NCBI GenBank assembly: GCA_038893995.1
Contig: JAWAQK010000044.1
Coordinates: 1 to 20,523, forward strand
DNA: 20,523 nucleotides
From: Candidatus Thorarchaeota archaeon
GTDB taxonomy: Archaea; Asgardarchaeota; Thorarchaeia; Thorarchaeales; Thorarchaeaceae
Direction of reading: 5' to 3'
The notes beneath the pieces are model-generated. The model did not search any database, had not been told where the DNA came from, and was given only the letters and a program-made list of their open reading frames with translations. Below are positions 1-9,274 of this stretch, in pieces. Position 1 is the stretch's first letter, and each line of letters opens with the position of its first letter. Both the position numbers and the translations under genes were made by a program.

Positions 1-72
1 TGCGAACAGTGCCGCGGCCAGCACGTAGAGTATCAACCGATCCCGCGTCAGCGCATGTATTCGGTACGCCAT
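1..72 (-). CDS. 5' end of a membrane protein gene running off the window edge; possibly a CruF-like carotenoid biosynthesis protein
   Basis: ATG at 72-70 gives an open frame MAYRIHALTRDRLILYVLAAALFA to the edge, with SD-like GGGGTGG at 91-85. It lies 38 nt downstream of the LyeJ-like gene. The CruF identity rests only on the lyeJ-cruF gene order known from haloarchaea. Confidence 0.4.
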   Translation of the reverse strand, partial: MAYRIHALTRDRLILYVLAAALFA

Positions 73-110
73 CCTATATCTCGACCACCCCTGTACACAT
101 CTCACAGAGA

Positions 111-746
111 CTACAGGACAAGCCGAATCATGAAACTCAGTGTCATCACCATCCCGAAGAGTCCTGTATAGTACGGGAAGTACCAGTAGACTCTGTCGAT
201 ACTGATCGATGGTCTGAGGAGCAACACGAGGGGTATTGCAGGGTATACCAGCATCATCAGATTGTACGGAGGGTTCCAGGGGGTCAGCACTATGAGAATC
301 ACCGAGAACAACGACCAGAACATGAAACAGAGGACTAGTGAGGACTTCTTCCCCAGGACCACTGCTGTGGTCCTAATGCCTGCACTTCGGTCCGACTCTA
401 TGTCAGGTATTGCTGAGAAGAGATGCATTGCTGCAGTCCACGTGAAGGCCCCGAGGACCGGCACCCAGTTCGGAATTAGTCCCGATGCCTGGTAGTAAGC
501 CAGCAGCGCAGGTATCACGTACAGGAAGTTCGAGCTGAAGTCCAGAATGGGTCTTGCCTTGAACCGTACTGGTCTCGCGCTGTACAGAACCGATAGCGTC
601 AACCATGACAGGAACAGCAGGACTGCAGTCGGGTCTGTGATCTGGACAGCAACCAGCAGGGACGCGTAGGCCAGAGAGAGGGCAATGAGCACGTATAGCC
701 TGTGAATGTCGCCCTCGGCCGCACAATGGTGATAATCTGCCGGCAC
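111..746 (-). CDS. UbiA-family prenyltransferase (lycopene elongase LyeJ/CrtEb-like), N-terminally truncated, likely pseudogene
   Basis: Multi-TM protein with LYSARPVRFKARP (YSxxPxRxK) and the second Asp-rich motif AIPDIESDRSAGIRTTAVVLG. The first motif (NDxxDxxxD) and the N-terminal helices are missing, and there is an in-frame TGA at 753-755 just upstream. Confidence 0.8.
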   Translation of the reverse strand: MPADYHHCAAEGDIHRLYVLIALSLAYASLLVAVQITDPTAVLLFLSWLTLSVLYSARPVRFKARPILDFSSNFLYVIPALLAYYQASGLIPNWVPVLGAFTWTAAMHLFSAIPDIESDRSAGIRTTAVVLGKKSSLVLCFMFWSLFSVILIVLTPWNPPYNLMMLVYPAIPLVLLLRPSISIDRVYWYFPYYTGLFGMVMTLSFMIRLVL

Positions 747-984
747 TGCAGCTCAGAACGAGAGTCCCCGTCATCGGTATCGAAAATCGGGCCGAACATG
801 TGTGCAAATCTCCGGAGAGCGGGGCCGACCGACTGTCTCTCCGAATTGACCGGGTCCTCTGCTGCATACCCAGGTTCTGGTCTGCGGCCCACTCATCACA
901 GCCCCGCATGCCAGTGGACGATGCCGGCCACCTTCCTGTCCCAAATACCCTCCAACTGCGAGCCATCAGAGGCGGACAGTACAT

Positions 985-2229
985 CTAACGTCTCGACAAC
1001 TGTGACCGGCCCGTCGTAGCGGCAGTCTGGACCAGACGCACAAGGGCACTGGCCACAGTACGAGTCGTGGCCGCTCCTCCAGCAATTGTCTGAATCTTCT
1101 TCTTGGTAAGCAGTGGTATCTCATTCTGATTATCGTTCACGAACTTTCGGGGGTCTTGCAGGAACTCGGAGAAACGGTTTGGAGGGATAACACTGAAGGC
1201 GAGCAGCTCGAACTGATGGATCAACCTCGAGAACATGTCTGCGGCAGCATCGACGATGAGTTCTGACTCGGCAAGGTCCTGTCTGCCATACTTCCTGTTC
1301 AGGGTCTGGCGAAGGCTCACGTCAAACATCCTCTCGATCCTTGTCAGTTTGTCCTCCGAGAGGTCACCACTCCTGCGAAGGACCTCGTACAGGATGGACT
1401 CTCCGGCCATCGATATGTCCTGCTCGTCCGCACTTGGACGAACCACACGAAATGTGGCGACTCTACCGGCCTTCTTCTCTCGCTCCAGCACCTCGAGTCG
1501 AGCATCTATTGTCTTTCGTCCTAGCTCAACGATCTTCTCATAGTTCGGGGCGAGTATGACTACTCGGATAAGGTCCCAGTACAGGTCGCTACCCTTGGAC
1601 AGTGGGTACTTCTCTACAACCTCACTATACAACTTCGAGAGACTCCAGATTGGCACTTGTCTCCGCTTGATCCGGTACATCATCATCAGTCCGTGGAGCA
1701 GTACTGCACCGACAAGACGAACATCTGCAGACTCCACGTCCGAGTAGATCATCTGGGCGATTCTCTCGGCCGAGGTCACGTAGTGCCTATACATTATGAC
1801 CGACTGTACAACACGGTCAGGGGTCTTCGAGCTCTTCTCGTCGATGGTCGTTACAAGTACCTCGAAACTCGCAGCGATTGCCTCTACCAGTACCCTTACC
1901 ACAAGCTCTAGCTTCTGGATGAAGCTTTCTGCACTGGTCGTAGAGGTCTGCGTAGTGACAAGCCTCACATCGGAGATGTAGTCGTCAAAGACGTAGTCCT
2001 CAGGAAGCAGACCATTCACGTTGAGATATCTGAAGGACGCTGCTATCAGGAGGTAGTCCTCATCAGACGCAGATGGAAATGCAGTCCTGAGGGACTCGGC
2101 ATGTTGTCGTACATCCCTCTGCAGTATCATCTCATTGGTGGCTCTTGTACGCTCTATGTGCTGGGCCGGATGCTCAAACTTGCTCCTCAGCTCGCCCAGC
2201 ATGCTCATTTCTTGTTCCACTGACTCCAC
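985..2229 (-). CDS. Hypothetical, predominantly alpha-helical soluble protein (414 aa)
   Basis: Long ORF. The GTG start is preceded by SD GGAGGTG (2243-2237) inside the upstream gene, with a 2-nt gap to the upstream stop. No recognisable motif. Confidence 0.85.
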   Translation of the reverse strand: MESVEQEMSMLGELRSKFEHPAQHIERTRATNEMILQRDVRQHAESLRTAFPSASDEDYLLIAASFRYLNVNGLLPEDYVFDDYISDVRLVTTQTSTTSAESFIQKLELVVRVLVEAIAASFEVLVTTIDEKSSKTPDRVVQSVIMYRHYVTSAERIAQMIYSDVESADVRLVGAVLLHGLMMMYRIKRRQVPIWSLSKLYSEVVEKYPLSKGSDLYWDLIRVVILAPNYEKIVELGRKTIDARLEVLEREKKAGRVATFRVVRPSADEQDISMAGESILYEVLRRSGDLSEDKLTRIERMFDVSLRQTLNRKYGRQDLAESELIVDAAADMFSRLIHQFELLAFSVIPPNRFSEFLQDPRKFVNDNQNEIPLLTKKKIQTIAGGAATTRTVASALVRLVQTAATTGRSQLSRR

Positions 2230-2231
2230 GC

Positions 2232-3623
2232 CTACGCACCTCCTTCTTCCCTGTCCCTTGCTAGAAGCCGTCTGAGCCGTCCCCGTGACCTCTCACCAGT
2301 CTCGGTCTCGACACTATCAGTCACCTCTGGTATGACGGGGGCCGGACAGAGCAAATTCACCTCTTCTGGAGATAGTTTCAGGACACCAGCGTAAGTCTGG
2401 AGTTCCTCTCGTTCGCCCAGGTCCTCGATACTGTACCACTCGCTGCGTAACCAGTCACGGACAATTGTCTTTGGCAGGATCTGCTCAAAATCGAGGCCCT
2501 TCTCGATGCCCTCAGTCAGATCACGCAAGAGTGTCCGGGCCTCCATGCTTGGGATGGACTCGGTGAAGAGATCCAGCGAATCTCCCATCGACGTGGCCAC
2601 ATAGAGATGGTTGTTATCCCTCCTCCAGACCGATCGGGTCTCGAAAAGGTCGTCGCAGTCTCTGAACTCGTAGATTGCGTGTTCTGGAACATAGACTATG
2701 TTCGAGAAGATCTCACGATTTATGCCGTTGATGGCCGTGAGCACCGCATCAGGAATCAGACCGAGCTGTACGATCGAGACCAGGTCCATGGGTCGCTGGT
2801 AGTCTGGGTGTTCGACCCGGAGCATGCACTTTGGGACCACAAAGGCGACCCTCCTGATGATCGGATTCGGTGGCACATACCTGACCTCAGACCCGCAATG
2901 CGGACATTTCCCCTGTCGTAGTTCCGTCACGGAGCTCTCTCGCTTGCAGCCATCCATCGTGCACTGACAGTATGAAGGCATGATCTCAATGTCACTTAGG
3001 ACAACAGCGAACATGCGAACGGGCTTTCGGATGGTCTCGACGCCTCCGCGCATCTCTCTCCTTTCGAACAGGAGGTGATGCTGTAGGGTCAGCATGTCCC
3101 TCGCAGTCTGGTCTGCGCCCTCGTAGTCTGCGGCAATGTCGACGGTACCTGATGTCTTCTGTGCCAGACTTCGTCGGTAGGAACCCGCATAGTACTTGCA
3201 GGTGAGGTCAACAAACTGCTGGTAGGCCGTGAGATTCACGTCTGAGTAGGGTGTTATCAGCAGTCCGAGGTAGTAGACGTCGCCGACGTGTGCCTTGACC
3301 TGGTAGATGTAGCTGCCAAGATGCTCCGCTACGGGACGGACCAGCTCGGATCCGTACTTGATCGTGTGGAGGACATACTGGCGCATCTGAAAGAGGTCCA
3401 CGATGTTGATCTGACCGAATCCTACCTCAGCCAACGTACGGGTCCCCTCGTCCTCTATGATGCCCTCGCCTCCAAGGATATTGGCACTGTTGATCATCCC
3501 GCCGTACTCGGACACGGCGCTGATGACTGCCACCGCAATGGAGTTTCTCTCTATTCGCTCTGCGATCGACGGCTCTATCTCCTTGAGTCTGTCGAAGACC
3601 GGGGGTCGCGTCAATATTGGCAC
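2232..3623 (-). CDS. Hypothetical protein with a Zn-ribbon; probable tandem longin/uDENN-like domains
   Basis: 463-aa ORF with CQCxxxxC...CPHC (2969-2895) and two segments with a longin-like strand/helix pattern (inference). GAGGTG at 3626-3621 may be the SD for a TTG start at 3614. Confidence 0.8.
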   Translation of the reverse strand: MPILTRPPVFDRLKEIEPSIAERIERNSIAVAVISAVSEYGGMINSANILGGEGIIEDEGTRTLAEVGFGQINIVDLFQMRQYVLHTIKYGSELVRPVAEHLGSYIYQVKAHVGDVYYLGLLITPYSDVNLTAYQQFVDLTCKYYAGSYRRSLAQKTSGTVDIAADYEGADQTARDMLTLQHHLLFERREMRGGVETIRKPVRMFAVVLSDIEIMPSYCQCTMDGCKRESSVTELRQGKCPHCGSEVRYVPPNPIIRRVAFVVPKCMLRVEHPDYQRPMDLVSIVQLGLIPDAVLTAINGINREIFSNIVYVPEHAIYEFRDCDDLFETRSVWRRDNNHLYVATSMGDSLDLFTESIPSMEARTLLRDLTEGIEKGLDFEQILPKTIVRDWLRSEWYSIEDLGEREELQTYAGVLKLSPEEVNLLCPAPVIPEVTDSVETETGERSRGRLRRLLARDREEGGA

Positions 3624-3834
3624 CTCGACTGTTCTAGTTCGGTTGGAGCACTCAGTATCAGCGTGCTTATGCCATTATCTGGGATGTAGCACGGGAAGGC
3701 ATAGACACACCTACTGGCGCAGGAGCCGGGGCATGTTGACTTCCTGCCCTCCTGAATGCCCCAGATAGCGCTACGAGGTCCCGCTGTCGGCGACGTGTCG
3801 ACCCGCCAGACGGGCCATCATTGAAGTTGGTGCG

Positions 3835-4542
3835 TCACTTACGGCGTGGGACCACTCCCAGCGACATCAGTACTGTGCCCGCGATGCTGGTGAATGGGGT
3901 CAAGATTGCAAGCGCGTTGGTCAAGAGGAACAGTTGACCGTATGTGGTCAGGGCCACACCTGCAAGCAGCATTAGGGTCCGGCGTCTATAGAATGCATCT
4001 GTCTCTCTCCTGTACGATACCGCAAGTAGAGCAAGGCCAATGCTCACCATCATCACGTCAGCCGCCAGGGTGTAGTAGTACACCAGATAGTTGCCAGAAC
4101 CCGATGGGTATTCGAATGCATAGTGTTCCACGCCATAGTAGTCGGTGTAAGTGTGAGCGACTCCCAATGTCGAGATCAGTATCACGTTCAGAATGCTCAC
4201 AGCAATGACGCCCGCAATCGTGGCAATGAGTAGGTGACGAGACCTCCGGCCAAGTTGTTCCTGAATTAGGGGGTAGAGCATGAAGAGTGCGAACGAAGAG
4301 GCCATCAGCACGTAGAAGTAGTTCTGGGTCATCCACAACGCCATCTCCATGGGATCCCATCGGACGAAGAAGCCTCTGAAGAAATAGGTCGCCGCTGCAG
4401 TACCGTATGCAAGGAGAAACAGTACGAAGGAGAGCACGAAGTTGCTGCGCTGTCTCAGATACCTGCGCAGTGTGACCGCAGTACAGGCGTATGCAGAGAT
4501 CATGACGATGCCGAATGCATAATTCAGGACTCCAAATGCCAT
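3835..4542 (-). CDS. Stand-alone seven-transmembrane protein (7TM sensor-like)
   Basis: Seven hydrophobic segments, basic loops (RRYLRQR, RRETDAFYRRR), and a Tyr-rich loop between TM4 and TM5. SD GAGGAG at 4558-4553. Confidence 0.8.
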   Translation of the reverse strand: MAFGVLNYAFGIVMISAYACTAVTLRRYLRQRSNFVLSFVLFLLAYGTAAATYFFRGFFVRWDPMEMALWMTQNYFYVLMASSFALFMLYPLIQEQLGRRSRHLLIATIAGVIAVSILNVILISTLGVAHTYTDYYGVEHYAFEYPSGSGNYLVYYYTLAADVMMVSIGLALLAVSYRRETDAFYRRRTLMLLAGVALTTYGQLFLLTNALAILTPFTSIAGTVLMSLGVVPRRK

Positions 4543-4581
4543 GACTCATCAACTCCTCTAGATACGACTCTCATCATGTGG

Positions 4582-4618
4582 ATAATATTATACCATAATA
4601 TACCTTATTATGTGGTAT
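4582..4618 (-). promoter_or_regulatory. AT-rich promoter/operator region of the 7TM gene
   Basis: Perfect palindrome ATAATATTAT (4582-4591) and imperfect inverted repeat ATACCATAATA / TATTATGTGGTAT (4590-4618), 40-75 nt upstream of the start. Confidence 0.5.
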
Positions 4619-4826
4619 TGGGATTCCTCGTTGGACCTTGTACAGTGGGGGATCAGTCATCTTGTCAGCCACAGGACGAATATGACAGTTTGTGTTGTGG
4701 CTCTCAAAACCACGCACGAAATGGTTAGAAGCTAGACTGACAACATCTGAAGAGCTGGCGCCCCCATGACTCTGGCATGATCGACGTCCCCTGTCTTCTC
4801 CCCGAGTCAACCGCGTCACTCAGAAG

Positions 4827-5449
4827 CCTTCGATTTTTCGAAGAGTGTCTGTGATCCCTACCAGCATTAGTCTAATCGACAAATGATTTTAATACATAAT
4901 CTCTTGGCTCCAATTGCACCTAGATTCAGTGCAATCCCACTGACAGCTCCTCCGACATGTCCCGACCACAGACACAGTCTCGAACATGTGTGTTGATATG
5001 CGGATCCGAGACTGTCAGGAGTGGTGCTACTGAGGGCAGAAACCTATATTCGAAAAATGAATACAGACAGTCAGTACAGTTGTCCGATCGGCGGATTTCC
5101 ATACTCAGAGTGTGTGTATCCGTAGGATTTGGCGTGGATAGTCCCGGTCATTTACATACGAAGATGCGTTCCGGTGCACATGATACACATATCGAGTATG
5201 GATGCGGGTGTGTCTGGTGAGTGCGAACTGGTCCAGTGCCGGATCGTGACATACCTTGTTTGCAGTGCCGACAACCATAATACTGTATTTGTGATAACAT
5301 CCGTCTTACTTATTGCCTCTTTCTGGTACATCTTGTACCAATCGAGTCCATTACGATAATTTAGTGATTGTTCAACAGATTGAATTATAGAATAGGTTAT
5401 TGATGTACTAATCGTTCGTCGGAGGGGTGGTCTGTCGAAAAATCGAGGG
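4827..5449. mobile_element. Putative MITE or transposase-less IS remnant (623 bp)
   Basis: Terminal inverted repeats CCTTCGATTTTTCGA (4827-4841) and TCGAAAAATCGAGGG (5435-5449) match at 14/15. They are directly flanked by ACTCAGAAG (4818-4826) and ACTCATCAG (5450-5458), matching at 7/9. The interior is AT-rich (17/60 GC at 5341-5400) with no convincing ORF. Confidence 0.5.
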
Positions 5450-5896
5450 ACTCATCAGTAGAGAAGGGAAGGTCCGGTCTATGCCAGGGACCTGTCGTCA
5501 CAGGGCAGTGGCAGTATTCAACGCGGTACCGAGCGTGCCAGACTGACACATGAAATGAGGTCCAGACAGCGTCATGGATCGGGGGCAATTGCCATCAGAC
5601 ATCAGCGGAACAACATGGCCAGTGTCCACAGTCGAGACTGGGCGTTGCAGCACGACAGACCACGCATCTTGTTGACGCCAAGTCATGCGCGGGAGCCACT
5701 AGAGGCAGTCCGCATCAGTCCGCAGTCCCCGTCATCACAGATCTCAGGAAAGATGCTCCATGACCTGTCGCCACACCATGTCTAGTGTCTGAAGCCCGCC
5801 CCCGCGTACTGAAGTCACAACATCGCAGGGACATCGCTGCTGCCCGAACGGAACTCTTATCTATTCACGATAGTTAATCAGACAGAGTGATGATAG

Positions 5897-7999
5897 GTGA
5901 GTGTCACCACGGGCGAGTCGAGACGCAGTCCAAACCGGCTTGCACATGAGAACAGCCCATATCTGCTCCAGCACTCCATGAATCCTGTGGATTGGTATCC
6001 ATGGTCTGAGGAGGCCTTCCTGAGAGCACGCACTGCCGACAAGCCGATCTTCCTGTCAATCGGCTACAGCACCTGTCACTGGTGCCATGTGATGGCCCAC
6101 GAGTCCTTCGAGGACAACGAGGTGGCCAAACTGCTCAATGATGTGTTCATCTGTGTCAAGGTCGATCGGGAGGAACGGCCAGACATCGACAGGGTCTACA
6201 TGGATGTGACACAACTAATGACTGGCCATGGAGGCTGGCCCCTGACGGTCCTCCTGACGCCAGACGGGGAGCCATTCTTCGCGGCAACCTACCTCCCGAA
6301 GCACACAAGAGGGGGCATGCTCGGCCTGATGGATCTGGCTCTTCGCGTGAGAGACATCTGGAGGACCGAGAGGCACAGGGTGACCGAAGTCATCCAGAAC
6401 GTCCGTGCAGCGCTCGAGAGCCACTCCAATAGCAACATGCGCGCAGAGCTCGGACCTGACGTCTTGGAACAGGCGTTCAATTCCTTGGAGAGCAGGTTCG
6501 ACGACAGGAACGGTGGCTTTGGAGATGCCCCGAAGTTCCCGTCAGCACACATCCTGATGTTCCTGCTCAGATACTGGAGAAGGTCTCACGACGTACTTGC
6601 GCTCCATATGGTCGAGAAGACGCTGCAGGAGATGCGTAAGGGAGGCATATTCGACCACATAGGGTATGGATTCCACAGATATTCAACGGATGCCACATGG
6701 ACTGTACCGCATTTCGAGAAGATGCTCTACGACCAGGCGCTGCTGATGATGGCCTATCTTGAGGCCTATCAAGCAACGTACAACGAGTCCTATGCAGATG
6801 TAGTCCATGAGATTGCCGAGTACGTGAAGAGAGAGCTAAGATCCCCAGAGGGCGGATTCTTCACAGCTGAAGATGCAGACAGCGAGGACGAGGAGGGCAG
6901 ATACTACCTGTGGACGACGGATGAACTCCGTGAAGTCCTCACAGGAACAGAGGCACACGTGTTCTTCCAGTACTTCAACATCTCTGATGATGGCAACTAC
7001 TCGGAGGAGGTAGGTGGCAGGCGGTCTGGTCGCAACATCCTGTACCAGACCCATTCCAGAGAGACTCACGCACGGACACTTGGACTGGATCAGGCGACCC
7101 TGGCCGAGATCATCGAGAAATGTCGAAGGGAGCTTCTCTCTGTTCGTTCAAGAAGGCCTCGCCCTAACACCGATGACAAGATACTGACTGATTGGAACGG
7201 TCTGATGATTGCCGCTCTCGCGAGAGCTGGCGCTGTGCTGGACAGACAGGACTACGTCGAGCTTGCATCCACAGCGGCGGCCTTCATCCTCGAGAGGATG
7301 TCAGCAGATGGTGTCCTGTTCCACAGCTACCGTGACGGACATACTGGCGTGACTGGATTCCTAGATGACTATGTGTTTCTGACATGGGGTCTCATTGAGC
7401 TATACGAGGCGACATTCATGACGCGGTACCTCGAAGCAGCGCTGCAGCTCAATGAGAGAGCCCAGGATCTGTTCTGGGATGAGAGGGAGGGTGGTCTCCT
7501 CTTCTCGGGTCGGACTGGCGAAGTACTCTTCTCTCAGAGGAAGGACGCTCATGATGGAGCGTTGCCTTCCGGTAACTCTGTTGCAGCGCTCAATAACTTG
7601 AGGCTCAGCAGACTGACTGGCAATCCATCTCTTGAGGACCGTGCGAGAGCGATCATCAGACATTTCTCTAGTCAGGTTGCGTCATCACCGTCTGCGTTCT
7701 CCATGATGCTTGCAGCCCTCGACTATCTTGTTGGTCCATCATATGAGGTCGTGATTGTCTCAGGTGCCGATCAGAGAGCGTCGGAGTTGTTGAGAGAACT
7801 CAGACGCAGATACATGCCGACGACTGCAATACTACTCAAGAAAGAGTCCGAGAATCCGAAACTGACTGAGCTTGCACCATTCACGAGGTATTATGTGACC
7901 AAGATGGAACAGACCACAGCCTATGTCTGCAGGGATCGTCACTGCTTCCCCGCATCGACCGATATGCTCGAAATACTCAGGTATCTGGACCTGGTGTGA
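5897..7999 (+). CDS. Thioredoxin domain-containing protein, YyaL/SSP411 (SPATA20) family, with a six-hairpin glycosidase-like domain
   Basis: Motifs [88 protein letters not shown]. Confidence 0.95.
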   Translation: MSVTTGESRRSPNRLAHENSPYLLQHSMNPVDWYPWSEEAFLRARTADKPIFLSIGYSTCHWCHVMAHESFEDNEVAKLLNDVFICVKVDREERPDIDRVYMDVTQLMTGHGGWPLTVLLTPDGEPFFAATYLPKHTRGGMLGLMDLALRVRDIWRTERHRVTEVIQNVRAALESHSNSNMRAELGPDVLEQAFNSLESRFDDRNGGFGDAPKFPSAHILMFLLRYWRRSHDVLALHMVEKTLQEMRKGGIFDHIGYGFHRYSTDATWTVPHFEKMLYDQALLMMAYLEAYQATYNESYADVVHEIAEYVKRELRSPEGGFFTAEDADSEDEEGRYYLWTTDELREVLTGTEAHVFFQYFNISDDGNYSEEVGGRRSGRNILYQTHSRETHARTLGLDQATLAEIIEKCRRELLSVRSRRPRPNTDDKILTDWNGLMIAALARAGAVLDRQDYVELASTAAAFILERMSADGVLFHSYRDGHTGVTGFLDDYVFLTWGLIELYEATFMTRYLEAALQLNERAQDLFWDEREGGLLFSGRTGEVLFSQRKDAHDGALPSGNSVAALNNLRLSRLTGNPSLEDRARAIIRHFSSQVASSPSAFSMMLAALDYLVGPSYEVVIVSGADQRASELLRELRRRYMPTTAILLKKESENPKLTELAPFTRYYVTKMEQTTAYVCRDRHCFPASTDMLEILRYLDLV

Positions 8000-8379
8000 G
8001 ACTGTGGCAGATGAGAGCCCTGACGAGCCTGAGCGTCCTGATAGACTCCTATCGCCGAGAGCACGACACGAGGTCCGCGACAGGAACATGGACGCAGAAT
8101 CACATCCTACAGCCCAAGTTCCACAATCTCATCGTTGATCGTTGACAGATGAGAGCGCCTCATGCACTACAGTTCCGACATGGAGACGTACTCGCTAGCC
8201 GCTCCAGCATCAATGCATAGAGTCATAAGCACTCGGAAGGAGGTCTCCAGTGCAGGTACTGCAAGGATCACGCGCTTTCTGACACTGGTCTATCGAGGGG
8301 TCAATTCCCGTTTCGGCGTCCACGAAGGAACCCGCTGCTTCTGTATGACCTGCTAATCGCATGAGCGAGAGTAGACAAG

Positions 8380-8895
8380 ATGAGTTACGACGATCAGCCT
8401 GTAGAGGCTACAGTGGCCCAGTTGAGGCCAGGAATGAGGAGTGTTACCATTACCTTCAAGGTTGTAGAGCTAGGCGAGGCGCGAGAGGTCACATCGCGTG
8501 ACTCTGGTGAGATCCACCGTGTCGTGGATGCGCTGGTGGGTGACTCGACCGGTATAGTTCGCGTGCCCCTCTGGGACGACGCAATCGGCACATTGAGGCC
8601 CGGCGACACATATACCCTCACGAATGGCTACACAGGGCTGTTCAGGGGGAGCCTGCGTCTGAACGTAGGCAGATTCGGAAGGGTTGCAGTGGCTAGTACA
8701 CCCGTGACAGAGGTCAAGACCTCAGTGGACATGTCCGCCGATGAACATGAGAGTACACGGCCATCTCGTGGGAACTTCGGTGGATACGGACGTAGGAGTG
8801 GCGGTGAGTACCGCAGCGGCCGAAGCAGTGGATACGACAGCAGCAACAGGGGCCGTCGTGGTCCCAACAGTAGCGGCCGTGGACGACGCTTCTAG
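8380..8895 (+). CDS. ssb: Single-stranded DNA-binding protein (single OB fold, crenarchaeal SSB/hSSB1 type) with an R/G/S/Y-rich tail
   Basis: OB-fold pattern VAQLRPGMRSVTITFKVVELGE...ALVGDSTGIVRVPLWD...NGYTGLFRGSLRLNVGRFG, followed by the low-complexity tail RGNFGGYGRRSGGEYRSGR...GRGRRF. Confidence 0.9.
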   Translation: MSYDDQPVEATVAQLRPGMRSVTITFKVVELGEAREVTSRDSGEIHRVVDALVGDSTGIVRVPLWDDAIGTLRPGDTYTLTNGYTGLFRGSLRLNVGRFGRVAVASTPVTEVKTSVDMSADEHESTRPSRGNFGGYGRRSGGEYRSGRSSGYDSSNRGRRGPNSSGRGRRF

Positions 8896-8915
8896 CCGCA
8901 CTTCGACGCTGCCAT

Positions 8916-8951
8916 TCTGCAGTCTTGGACCGAATCCTAGACTGACGCAGA
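8916..8951 (+). terminator. Stem-loop downstream of ssb (possible terminator or 3' stabiliser)
   Basis: Pairings TCTGC/GCAGA, CAGTCT/AGACTG and GGA/TCC around a CCGAA loop, 20 nt after the stop. No T-tract follows. Confidence 0.3.
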
Positions 8952-9274
8952 TCATAGAGGATGTGCTCGCCGCACTCTTCCGTCCGTGGCGGTCCCACAG
9001 GCCAATCCGCCATCTGACTCTCAGTTTGCGAGAATAGGTCTGCGGATCCGTGAGAGTAGTCGGTCCACTGCGCCGGTATGCATCTGCCGTTGCTCGAACC
9101 ACACAGACTCACCTCGGTCCTGGCGTTACCAGTTGACTACGGACTGCAGTTCGCCTTCTCGACGACGCTGTGAAGACGGCTCTATCGTGTTCATGTCCTC
9201 AGCTAAAGGGGCCAGATCACATCCAATCCCCGTCACGAAGTCGAATGAGATCTTCAGGAGGCGACTGAGAAGTG

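Noticed and set aside
3668-3750. Cobalamin riboswitch-like words (GCCATT...GGGAAGGC...GAGCC...CCTGCC)
   Set aside because: They lie on the + strand while both flanking genes are on the minus strand. The 5' conserved core is absent and the B12 box matches poorly.
4827-5449. Replication origin with ORB elements
   Set aside because: There is no match to the TTCCAxTGGAA plus G-string ORB consensus and no adjacent orc1/cdc6. It is kept only as an alternative interpretation.
5706-5728. Short tandem repeat CAGTCCGCAT-CAGTCCG-CAGTCC
   Set aside because: Too short and too low in copy number to distinguish from slippage or chance.
4574-5785. Short ORFs (62-87 aa) in the intergenic gap
   Set aside because: They have no motifs or clear SD sites, their composition is atypical, and they overlap one another on both strands.
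4543-5896. CRISPR array in the large intergenic gap, including the repeat-like palindrome at 4908-4936
   Set aside because: Only a single copy is present. No regularly spaced direct repeats were seen here or in any other gap.
8040-8075. Hammerhead ribozyme core CTGACGA
   Set aside because: There is no stem II closed by GAAA downstream.
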